A program made the position numbers and the translations under genes. The notes beneath the pieces were generated by a model that was given only the letters and a program-made list of their open reading frames with translations, was not told the origin of the DNA and ran no database searches. DNA of 64,000 nucleotides from Bryobacterales bacterium (GTDB taxonomy: Bacteria > Acidobacteriota > Terriglobia > Bryobacterales > UBA6623): positions 3,200,001 to 3,264,000 of the forward strand of contig OY729428.2 of NCBI GenBank assembly GCA_963422375.2, in the 5' to 3' direction. Shown here piece by piece: positions 20,558-30,075 of the stretch (the stretch's first letter is position 1; the number at the start of each line of letters is the position of its first letter).

Positions 20558-22012
20558 ATGGCCAGCCGCTTGACAAGGCGGACGTTCGTGGGCGCTGCCA
20601 GCGCGGCCCTCTCCGCGCAGCAGGCAGCGGCCGACGAGTCGCGCCCGAATTTCCTGTGGATCTGCACTGACCAGCAACGCTGGGACACGATCCGGTCGCT
20701 GGGCAACGAGCATATCCGCACTCCTAATTTGGACCGCCTGGCGGCAAGCGGGGTCGCGTTCGAAAACGCCTATTGCCAGTCGCCGATCTGCACCCCCAGC
20801 CGGGCCGGCTTCCTCACCGGCATGTACCCGTCGTCCGTGCATGGCTGCATGAACGGCAACGACCGCTGGGACGACGCGGCGCCCCTGGTAACCAAGACGC
20901 TGGCCGACGCCGGCTACGACTGCGGGCTCGCCGGAAAGTTCCACCTGTCCGGAGCGCAGGGGCGCATCGAGCCGCGCGTCGACGACGGCTACCGAGTGTT
21001 CCACTGGAGCCACCACCCGCACGACGACTGGCCGGACGGACACGCCTACGTTCAGTGGCTCAAATCGAAGGGCCGGGACTACGCTTCGATCTACAAGAGG
21101 CTCGGGTACATTCCGAGCGAGTATCACCAAACCACCTGGTGCGCGGACCGGGCGATCGACTTCTTGCGCGAGAAGCGGTCGAAGCCGTGGCTGTTCAGTC
21201 TGAACTGCTTCGACCCGCACTCGCCCTTCGATCCGCCGCAGGAATGGTTGGACCATTACCCCGAGGCGGAAATGCCGGGCCCGCTGTTCCGCGAGTCGGA
21301 CCTGGCCGCGCAAGCGCGGTTGAAGGAGATCAACTTCCAGCGTGAGCCCCGCCGTCCCGAAGAGATGAACGCGAGGTCGTACCAGGCGAAGTACTACGCC
21401 ATGATCGAGCTGATCGACCACAACGTGGGACGCATGCTCGACGCGCTTGAGGAGACCGGCCAGCTTGACAAGACGGTCGTCATCTTCACCAGCGACCACG
21501 GCGAGACGCTCGGAGACCACGGCCTGCTGCTCAAGGGCTGCCGGTTCTACGAGAGCTTGGTGCATGTCCCGCTATTGATTTCGTGGCCAGGGCACTTAAG
21601 GGATGGCCTGCGCAGCCGCGCCCTCGTCGAGCTGACCGACCTAGCCCCGACGTTGCTCGAGCTTGCGGGGCTGGCCGTTCCCGCCTCGATGCACGGCAAG
21701 CCCTTGACTTCACTCCTGCGCGGCGAGTCCGGCACCGACCGTCACAGGGACTTCGTGCGCAGCGAGTACTACCGGGCGCTCGCGGGAGTGCAGAGCTTCG
21801 GCTCGATGGTGCGGAGCGAGCGGTTCAAGCAGGTCGTCTACCACGGCCACGGGCTGGGTGAGCTGTTCGATCTGGAAACGGACCCCGGCGAATTCGAGAA
21901 TCTCTGGGACGACCGACGCATGGCGCAGGTTCGCCACGAGCACATGGTGATGAATTTCGACGCGCTGGCGATGGCCACGGACGTCGGCCAGCCGCGCGTC
22001 ACGCGATTCTAG
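20558..22012 (+). CDS. Sulfatase (choline-sulfatase-like clade) with Tat signal
   Basis: TRRTFV twin-arginine motif; RPNFLWICTDQQR, CTPSRAGFLTG, GKFH, DPHSPF, FTSDHGE and ELFDLETDPGE. Confidence 0.93.
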   Translation: MASRLTRRTFVGAASAALSAQQAAADESRPNFLWICTDQQRWDTIRSLGNEHIRTPNLDRLAASGVAFENAYCQSPICTPSRAGFLTGMYPSSVHGCMNGNDRWDDAAPLVTKTLADAGYDCGLAGKFHLSGAQGRIEPRVDDGYRVFHWSHHPHDDWPDGHAYVQWLKSKGRDYASIYKRLGYIPSEYHQTTWCADRAIDFLREKRSKPWLFSLNCFDPHSPFDPPQEWLDHYPEAEMPGPLFRESDLAAQARLKEINFQREPRRPEEMNARSYQAKYYAMIELIDHNVGRMLDALEETGQLDKTVVIFTSDHGETLGDHGLLLKGCRFYESLVHVPLLISWPGHLRDGLRSRALVELTDLAPTLLELAGLAVPASMHGKPLTSLLRGESGTDRHRDFVRSEYYRALAGVQSFGSMVRSERFKQVVYHGHGLGELFDLETDPGEFENLWDDRRMAQVRHEHMVMNFDALAMATDVGQPRVTRF

Positions 22013-22079
22013 GTCGCGACCGATCACTGCTGCCGCGGACTCGCCACGCTGAGCCCGGGGTTAGCCCCCTCCAGGGCTT

Positions 22080-23436
22080 CTAGCACTCAGCCTCGTCCAT
22101 CTGTTTCCTGTACGCCACTCGGAAGACCTCGTATAGTGCCTGGAAATCGCTGGCCGCCTCCGCCACATCCCCGTCCAGCTTGATTTCCGCGAACATGCGC
22201 GGCGGCGGCAGGACCTCCAAGACCGCCTCAAGGCCGGCGAAGAAGCGCTGGTGCCTGTCCACCCCGCGCACGGCCAGCATTCATTCCACCGATTGGGCCA
22301 TGCCGCCCTGCCGCGTCACGCTGGCGGCGTGATGGACGGGGTCGATCATCGCCCGCGACCCGCCTACCGGGTCGAGCGGGCCCGTCGCGACCCGCGTCCC
22401 GCTGTACCAGAGGCGGATCCGGCCGGCCTGCCTCTCCGAGAGCCAGCCGGTTACTTCGCGGTCAAGGTCCGCCCCCGCCCCCCGCGCCAGCCGCAGGGCC
22501 CCGTCGAAGGAGGACGCCGGGGCACGGAAGGCGTCCTACGCCAGCACCACGAACGATGTCGCCGGGTCCATGTCCGCGCCGGGCCCTAAGCGCGTCAGCT
22601 GCCGCAGCCGCCAGCGCTTGATGTCGCTGCCGCGCCACGTCCAAGGCGTTCTCGGGAGTCATCTCGTGCAGGCCCGGCTGCGCCGAGACCGGTCCCCTCT
22701 TCCGTCACCCACCCGGCTCGCCCAGGGGAGCGCGCGACGTGCCACGCTCCAAGGGCTCCTGCCGAGACCGGCGCGCCAACACAGGCCCGAAGCGGGCGAG
22801 ATAGAGATCCACCCCTTGGATCCCGGCCTCCTGGAAGTCCCGGACGCGCTCTCGCGCGGCCCCGGCCATCCGCGGCTCGACCTCCTCCCGGTAGCGCAGC
22901 TCGCGCACATCCGCTCCGCGTCGTGCCGGCCGCGGCGGGCACGACAAGAACACGGTGTTTTTCGCCGCCCTGTCGCTGATGTGCAGGCGGCCCTCGGCCT
23001 CCGTGCATACAGGCAGGTCGACGTGATGACGAAGCCCGCCTCGATTAGGCCCGCCGTCAGCGCATCCCACGCACCGCCGGCCTCATGCGCGAGCATGAGG
23101 GTCAAGGTGCCGAAGGGCTTGATCATCCGGAGGCACTCGGCGGAGATCGCCCATCCGCTCGCGGGATTCGCCGCGGCCTCCGTGTCCTTATCGGTGAGAC
23201 ACCGGCGCAACAGTTCCGGGAACACGTACCCCGCCGTCCGCTTGAGCCAGACCCAGATGAAGTCCGCGAGCTCGGCGAACATGACGTTGTCGTAATTGGG
23301 CGGATTCATGACCTCGGCAGCGACCGAGCCGTCGCCGAGGTGGTCGAGACTGCCGCCCGAGCTGAACGTGACGGTGACTCTCGGCGGCCCGGCGGTCGGC
23401 GAGGGGAACAGCGAGCCTTCGCCGCTGTCCGAGCGG
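22080..23436 (-). pseudogene. C-terminal part of a DUF1156 adenine-specific DNA methylase, frameshifted and internally deleted
   Basis: SLDHLGDGSVAAEVMNPPNYDNVMFAELADFIWVWLKRT (degenerate DPPY region), LTDKDTEAAANP, LTLMLAH...AWDALTAGLIEAGF, GIQGVDLYLA and TPENALDVAR, spread across different frames. Confidence 0.8.
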
Positions 23437-24356
23437 CAGCGATTCTAATCCTGGCCGTCAAGGTGGTGCGTGAACGTTGTTGAGGGGGGTGAGATGAACA
23501 AGTCGATCAAGAGGCCGCCCTACTGAGACCACCCCGCGGGAGGGCCGGACGGCTGGCAGGGCTGTGGCGCGGCCCCGCAGCGGGTCCGCCTAGTGCCGAG
23601 CCCGCGGCTGGACGCACCCCGGCGGTAGCCGTCTGCCACCGCCGGCCGCTGTCGGCACGAAGCTGCGCGGAGTCCAGGCCCCGGCCGGGGCCGGCCGGCA
23701 GCCCGCGTTTGTCTCGCAGCGCCGCCAGCAGAGTCGGCCAGTCGGGGAAGCAGAACCAATGCAGCGCGACCTGCAGCTCCCGGAACAGGTCGCGGCGCGT
23801 GACCAGCTTGCGCCGGCCCTGCCGCCAGAGCGTGCAGACGCAGTGCAGCACTGCTTGGAGCGCGCAGGCGAACAGGTTCAGCACGTTGGCCGGCGCGTCC
23901 TTGCCGTGCCCGAAGTTGAGGCCGTACCACGCCAAGCAGTCAAAGCCCTCGTTCTCGATCTTCCAGCAAGCCCGCCCGGCCCGCGCGATCCCCTCCGTGT
24001 CCTCCGCGGTGACCGCGAGACTGGTGAAGAAGCAGTTGGCGTAGGTGCGCTTGCCGCCGCGCTCCACGGCGTACTCGATCCAGGTGCCCTGGAGGGCGTC
24101 GCGGCCCTTGCGCGGGGGCGCCGCGGCCGCCCATCGGAAGCGGTGCCGCTCGGACCGCTTGCCCTTCCCGGGCCGCGGCAGCCAGCCGGTCGAGCGCACC
24201 GCGCCGCTCGCCCGCCGGCTCTACAGCACTTCATGCAGGCGTTTGTCGGATCCGGGCTCGCATACATTCCAAGACCTGATTACCAACGAACGTCAGCCGA
24301 GGATATGCTATACTGAAGGAGGTCGGAAATCTCTGCTAGGAAAGGGGATAGCATCT

Positions 24357-25917
24357 GAGCCTTTTGCAAAAATCCCGAGCTCATAGCATTATCATTTAGT
24401 TAGTCTATTAAGTATTCGATATAATCAATGGAATAGAACTGTAGTAAATGTAGTTTTAATGGCTTGTCTGCGTTTTGAGTTTCCTGACAATCCCTTGCCC
24501 TCCGTGCTATTATTGTAATGCAAGCCTAGTAAACAGCTGGCAGGATTCAACGAATATGTCCTTGATAGAAACCGTATCCGCGTACTGGTTCACGTTCCAG
24601 CAGGGGCTGTTCCCCTGGCTCGAGCAGGAACTCGGCCCCTCGGCGAGCGCTACCGCAGCTTCGTCCAAGCGGTGGAACTGGCGCAGGTCGAGGACTGCCT
24701 GCCCGTCGGGCAGGGCGGCCGCGGCCGCCCCCTCGCAAGCCGCGCCGCCATGGCGCGCGCTTTCATCGCCAAGGCCGTCTTCGACCAGCCCGCTACGCGC
24801 TCGCCGGTCGAGCGCCTGCAGACCGATCACACCCTGCGCCGACTGTGCGGCTGGGACCTGGCCGGGGCCGTGCCCGGCGAGGCAACCTTCTCGCGCGCCT
24901 GCGCCGAGTTCGCCGCCGGCGAACTGCCCGGACGCTTGTACGAGGCGCTGCTCGCGCGGACGCTCGACGGCCGCTTGGCAGGGCACGTCTCCCGCGACTC
25001 GACCGCCATCGAGGGCCGCGAGCGGCCCGCCGGGAAGCCCGCGCCGGAACCCCAGCCGAAACGCAAGCGCGGGCGCCCTCGCAAGGGCGAGCAGCGGCCG
25101 CCCGCTCCGCGCCGACTGGCGCGGCAGCCCGACATGAATCTCGAAGCAATGCTGCACGACCTGCCGCAGGACTGCGATACCGGCACCAAGCGCAACGCCA
25201 AGGGCCGTACCGTCAGCTGGCGCGGCTACAAGCTGCATATCGACGCGATCGACGGCGGGATCCCGGTCAGCTGCCTGCTCACCGCGGCTTCGCTGCACGA
25301 CAGCCAGGCCGCGATCGGGCCGCGATCAGGCCGCGATCCCGCTGGCGACACGGACCGCGGGCCGCGTCGACAACCTGTACGACCGGATGGACAGCGCGCG
25401 CGACGCGGCCGGGATCCGGGCCTTCAGCAAGCGGCTCGGGCACGTGCCGCTCATCGATGTCAACCCGCGCGGCCGGACGGAGCTGAAGGCGGATCTGGCA
25501 CGGGAGGCCAAGGCGCTGCGCAGCGCCGGGCGGATCCCGCCAAGCTGCGCTACCGCGAGCGCTCGACGGTGGAGCGTGTCAACGGCCGCCTGAAGGACGA
25601 TTGCGGCGGGCGCCACGTGCGCGTCCGCGGCCGCGGCAAGGTGCCGTGCCACCTCCTGTTCGGCGTGCTCGCGCTGACGGTCGCGCAGCTCCTGCGCCTG
25701 GCGCTCCGAGAGCCCGGGCCGCCGGAACAGCCGGGCAGAGCGCCCGCCCGCAGGGCCGGGCCGGGAGAGCTGCGCCTGCACCGGGCCGATCCCCGCAGGA
25801 GCGCCCCGCAGCGGAGCAAGCCCAGCTGAAGGGAGTCTTTTTCGGCGAGAATAACAGCCCGGAAACTAGTCGTTCATGGGGCGGTCAGCCCTCTTTTCTG
25901 AATTTTGCAAAAGGCTC
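24357..25917 (+). mobile_element. IS5/IS1182-like DDE element nested in IS1595; transposase frameshifted
   Basis: Perfect 15-bp TIR GAGCCTTTTGCAAAA at 24357 and its complement ending at 25917. The transposase starts at 24557 and carries SRDSTAI, WRGYKLH, HDSQ and RSTVERVNGRLK in three frames. The exact end/TSD boundary is ambiguous (CTG or TCTGA). Confidence 0.85.
25306..25338 (+). repeat. Triple 11-bp tandem repeat frameshifting the inner transposase
   Basis: AGGCCGCGATC-GGGCCGCGATC-AGGCCGCGATC. Removing two units (22 nt) restores HDSQAAIPLA. Confidence 0.85.
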
Positions 25918-25919
25918 TG

Positions 25920-26876
25920 ATGAAACGCAATCGCGTGCAATTCCAGAAGGGACTCAGCCCGGGCAAGTTCCTGCAGCGCTACGGCAGCGAGGGGCCATGC
26001 GAGCAGGCCGTCTTCAAGGCCCGCTGGCCGGACGGCTTCCGCTGCCCGGAGTGCGGCTCCCGCCGGCACTGCCGCATCCGCTCCCGCAAGCTCTGGCAGT
26101 GCCACGCCTGCCACCGCCGGACCTCCCTCGTCGCCGGCACGATCTTCGCCGCCACCAAGCTGCCGCTGACCGTCCGGTTCCTGGCGCTCCACCTGCTGAC
26201 GCAGGGCCAGCACGGCGTTTCGTCGCTGGAACTGGCGCGGCAGCTGGGGGTCAGCCGGAACACGGCCTGGAAGGTGAAGCACAAGCTCTTGCAAGTGATG
26301 CAGGAGCGCGACGAGCGCGTGCCGCTGGGCGGCGTCGTGCAGGTGGACGACGCCTACTGGGGCGGGGAGCGGAGCGGCGGCAAGCGCGGTCGCGGCGCGG
26401 CGGGCAAGACGCCGTTCGTCGCCGCCGTGCAGGTCACCCAGGTCAGCGCCGCCGGCCAGCCGGCAAGGATGCGCCTGAGCAGCGTGGCGGGCTTGCGCAA
26501 GAAGACGCTGGCAGCGTGGGCCGGGCGGCACTTGCAGCCCGGCACGGAGGTGCATGCCGACGGCCCGGCCTGCTTCCGGGGCGTGACCGGCGCCGGCTGC
26601 GAGCACGTGCCGACCGTCACCGGAGGCGGGCAGCGGAGCTGCGCGGATTCCCGCTTCGTCCGGGTCAGCACGATGCCGGCGAACGTCAAGCAGTCCCTGG
26701 CGGGAACCTGCCATGCGCTCGACGGCAAGCACCTGCCGCGGTACCTCGCCGAGTTCCGCTACCGCTTCAACCGCCGCTACGATCTGGCGGTGCTGGTCCC
26801 CCGCCTGCTTCACGCCTCCGTGCGCACCCCGCCCATGCCTTACCGCCTCCTAGCCTTGGCTGAGTCTTGTGGGTAA
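25920..26876 (+). CDS. IS1595-family transposase (open frame, probably inactive)
   Basis: MKRNRVQFQKGLS, RWPDGFRCPEC, WQCHAC, AGTIF..TKLPL, VQVDDAY.GG, GRGAAGK and YLAEFRYRFNRR. Confidence 0.9.
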   Translation: MKRNRVQFQKGLSPGKFLQRYGSEGPCEQAVFKARWPDGFRCPECGSRRHCRIRSRKLWQCHACHRRTSLVAGTIFAATKLPLTVRFLALHLLTQGQHGVSSLELARQLGVSRNTAWKVKHKLLQVMQERDERVPLGGVVQVDDAYWGGERSGGKRGRGAAGKTPFVAAVQVTQVSAAGQPARMRLSSVAGLRKKTLAAWAGRHLQPGTEVHADGPACFRGVTGAGCEHVPTVTGGGQRSCADSRFVRVSTMPANVKQSLAGTCHALDGKHLPRYLAEFRYRFNRRYDLAVLVPRLLHASVRTPPMPYRLLALAESCG

Positions 26877-27769
26877 TCAGGTTCCAAGATGAAGTCCGTG
26901 CCGGCGGCCGCGGCGGCCTCGCAGACCGGCTGGCAGCAGTACCGGTCGTCGCCCGGCAGGACGGGGCGGCAGGCCTGCAGCCAAGTGCCGTGAGCGGCGA
27001 TCCGGCGCTTGGTGGCGTTGCGCTCGCAGTCCCGCTTGCGCTCGTCCTCGCTCATGTCGGCGCGGGTCGCGGCCGCGTCCTGCTGCGGGCACGCGAACTC
27101 GGGCATCAGCGGCAGGACCGTGGCGTGGCCGTCGGCCACCGCGGTGGCCGACGGCCATGGCGTGGAAGTGATGCGGTCGGCGCTCGCTGCCGACGCGCCG
27201 CACCGAGCACTGCGGGCAATGCACCGTGTCGGAGCGGTGGAACCGGACGCCGTCCAAGGCCACCAGCAGGCGCTCGTCGAGGCGCTGGAAGGGCCCGAGC
27301 GCGCCCTGCACGGCCACGGCTCGCAGGCACAGCCGGAACAGAGGGTCGAATGCGGCCGGGTCGAGGCCGTCGAGCAAGTTGCGGATCCGGTTGTCGCTGG
27401 GGATGCGGCCCACGCCGAACAGGGCCTGCGACCCGTGCGACGGTCGGGCAGGCCGGCAGCCGTCTCGAGGAAGGCGCTCAGCAACGAGTCCAAGACATGC
27501 GCCATACAAACTCACCGAGTGGGCGTGGCCGATCTCCTCCTCCGAGCCGCTCCAGCCGTCCGGCTCGAAGCGGGCGTGCGCCAGCGCGCGCACTTAGCCG
27601 GCCAGGGGCCCGCAGGCCCAGCGTGACGCTCGCGGCAAGGGAGTCGAGCAGGCTCCGCTGGACATCGCCGGCCTTCGCCAGGCGCACCTCCAGCAGCACA
27701 GGGCGCCGGTCCGCGTCGACGGCCACGGTGATGTACCGTACCCCTTGCGCCCGCCGACGGTGAACCGGT

Positions 27770-28460
27770 GCGTGAGCGAGGCCCACGCGGCGGACTCGCA
27801 GGCGCCCACAATCCGGTGCCTCCGCCCGCGGACCCGCCCCCCACCGCGTGCCCTCGAGCGCCCCCGGCCGCACGTTCCGCCCGCGGCACGCGGCGATGCC
27901 GAGAGCTATGGCGACCTCGATCGAGGACGCGCGGGGGACGCGTTCCGCCCGCCTCACGCCCGCTACCTTCCCTGCGCCGCGCGGCGGGCCCGGTCGGAGC
28001 GCTCCAGCAGCGCCCGCGCGATCGCGCAGGCCGGCGGCCGCGGCGGCTCGCGCTCGAGATCCGCGGCCGGGCACCCGCAGTCGCTGGAGCGCTCCCACAG
28101 CACCAAGGCGGAGCCCGCGCCCGCGCCGCCCAGCTCGGCCACGACGCCGCGATCGGCCGGGCCGCGGGGACGCGGCCGGCGTCACGAGAGTCGCCGGCGG
28201 GCGAGGCCTAGCACTACGTGCTGGACTTGTGGATCGCTCGGAAATGGCGCCGCAGGAAGCCCGGATGACATGATACTCGTGCGCTACGCGGACGACTTCG
28301 TGCTCGGGTTCGAGCAGCGCGGCGGCGCGGAGCGCTTCTTGCGGGCGGCGGACGGGGGGCTCGCCGGATTCGTGTTGGAACTGCACCCCGCCACGACGCG
28401 CTTGGCGGAGTTCGGCAGGAAAACCACGGCGGACCGGAAGGCTCGCGGCGAGGGGTCGGC
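27770..28460 (+). pseudogene. Group II intron reverse transcriptase/maturase remnant
   Basis: HYVLDLWIARKWRRR, then a frameshift into DMILVRYADDFVLGFE...LELHPATTRLAEFGR (YADD motif near 28285). The upstream part is heavily degraded, so the left boundary is approximate. Confidence 0.8.
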
Positions 28461-28469
28461 AACCACACC

Positions 28470-29322
28470 TACGTGCAGCTCGTCGAGATTTCCCGCGACG
28501 GCTCCAAGGTGCGCCGGAAGATCCTCGCCTCCCTCGGGCGACGCGACCGGCTCCGCGACGCCGGCGCACTCGACCGCTTGCTCGTGTCCGGGGCGCGCCT
28601 CTCGCGCCGCGTCGCGGTGCTGGCCGACCGCTCGACGGCGGCCGAGGGCCTCCCCTGCCGCGTGACCGGCCCCGGGCTCGTCTTCGAGCGCGTGCGGCAA
28701 CTCAGCGGCTGCAAAGGGGCCCTGCGCGCCGCCCTGCGCGGTCGCTGCTTCCGCTTCGATGCCGAGCGCGCCGTGTTCCTCGCGGTCCTGCACAGCCTGC
28801 TCACTCCGGGCTCGGACCGCAGCGCCATCGACTGGAAGGCCAGCCAAATCGTCGCAGGGGCCTCCGCGCTGGATTTCCAGCACCCGCACCGCGAGATGGC
28901 CTAGCTGGGCCGGTGCGAGAGTCCCGCCGCGGGGCGTTGGCGACCGAGCCCGCGCGCGCCGGCGAGGGGGCGGCGCACGCCCTGCGCTCCGTCAAGGACG
29001 AAGTGGAGGAGAGCCTGTACCTGCGTGGCCGGGACCCGTTCACCGAGACGGACCTCGTGTTCTTCGACACGACTTCGCATCACTTTCACGGCGGGCGGGC
29101 GGCGGGAACATCGCGGCGCGACCGCTCCGCACCGAAATCCGGCCCGGCAACACGGCGGACGTGACCGCACTGCTGCCGGTGGAGGACCGCCTGAGCCGGC
29201 ACGTCGGCATCGCTTCGGTGCGCTTGGCGGCGGACCGCGGCATGATCGGCCAGCGGGCCATGGAGACGCTCGAAGAGCGCGGCTGGGGCTACATTCCGGG
29301 CGTGCGGCCGCGCAGCTCCAAG
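28470..29322 (+). pseudogene. IS1634-family transposase remnant
   Basis: YVQLVEISRDGSKVRRKILASLGR, FDAERAVF, PGSDR, LVFFDTTS, GNTADV and ADRGM, with a stop and frameshifts. Confidence 0.85.
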
Positions 29323-29568
29323 GGCGACTGGATCGCCATGTTTCCCCAACGCGTGCAGGAATCTCTCACGGTCCGCGTCCGCCGGGAGCAGCGAAGTTAG
29401 TACCGCAGCACGAGGGGCTACCAGCGGCCGCCTCGCCCACCAAACATGCAGATAGTCAGTCCGAGGAAGAGCGGTCATCGAGCGACGCTCGCGTGCATCC
29501 TCCTCGCCTAGAGCAGCGATCGGCAGCCAGCGGTCGATCAGCCGGGTATCCGCACCCGGGCTTGACAT
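29323..29568 (-). pseudogene. N-terminal fragment of the DUF1156 DNA methylase
   Basis: RLIDRWLPIAALGEEDARERRSMTALPRTDYLHVWWARRPLVAPRAAVLTSLLP contains the DUF1156 LH.WWARRPL signature. It is truncated where the IS1634 remnant begins. Confidence 0.88.
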
Positions 29569-30075
29569 GGAGTCCACTCCTGAGGAGTCACTCTCCACAT
29601 GATCAGGAGGCGCTATCCCTCTGACCGTCCTGACAACTGTGGAGCCCCGGCGCGAGACGAACACCGCACCAGCAACAACCTTGGCAGTCGCTCGGCGCGC
29701 GGTCGGGGAACCGATATCGAAGTCGTCCAGTCACGGATTTCAATCGACCGCGCATCAGGTCCATCCGCGCCCCGGCCCGTGGAGGAATACCGATGGACCG
29801 GCTTCCGACCAAGGCCGCCGAGGTCACCTCGGGCGGATTCTCGACGGCACACCCCGCGAATCGATCCACCAGCGCGGGCCCTTGCTTCCGAGATTCCGGA
29901 TTTCGGGGCTCCGGCCAGAGCTACCACGGTCAGCCGGAAGGCAGCCGCAGCCAAGTGGCTTTAAGCGGCGGTTTGGGCGTCGCCGCGCCACCAAGCCGAC
30001 CAAGCACTAGCGCCGCAGGCGCATGCGCACGAGCAGGGTGGCAGCAGCGCGGGCCGCCCGAATCGCGGATGGCGC

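Larger units (their letters stand above)
24275..26881 (+). mobile_element. IS1595-family element with 28-bp imperfect TIRs and an 8-bp TSD
   Basis: The left end CCTGATTACCAACGAACGTCAGCCGAGG (24275-24302) matches the reverse complement of 26854-26881, CCTGATTACCCACAAGACTCAGCCAAGG. TTCCAAGA is duplicated at 24267-24274 and 26882-26889. Confidence 0.93.
23437..27505 (-). mobile_element. ISNCY-type element, copy 1: interrupted by IS1595, frameshifted, left end not found
   Basis: Homologous to 44921-46645. Right TIR CAGCGATTCTAATCCTGG starts at 23437. Transposase pieces lie at 27505-26890 and 24266-23700 (ALDG, GRACWKIENEGF). Confidence 0.85.

Noticed and set aside
22048..22065. CTGAGCCCGGGGTTAGC resembles the reverse complement of the IS4 end at 48720
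   Set aside because: Only about 16 bp with an indel and no adjacent element sequence; could be chance.
27510..27765. GVRYITVAVDADRRPVL on the minus strand, resembling an ISL3 transposase motif
   Set aside because: Too short, and I could not extend the similarity with confidence.
28270..28450. YADD RT as a possible retron, DGR or CRISPR-associated RT
   Set aside because: The flanking motifs are group II intron-like, the gene is fragmentary, and no TR/VR pair, msr-msd or cas gene is seen.
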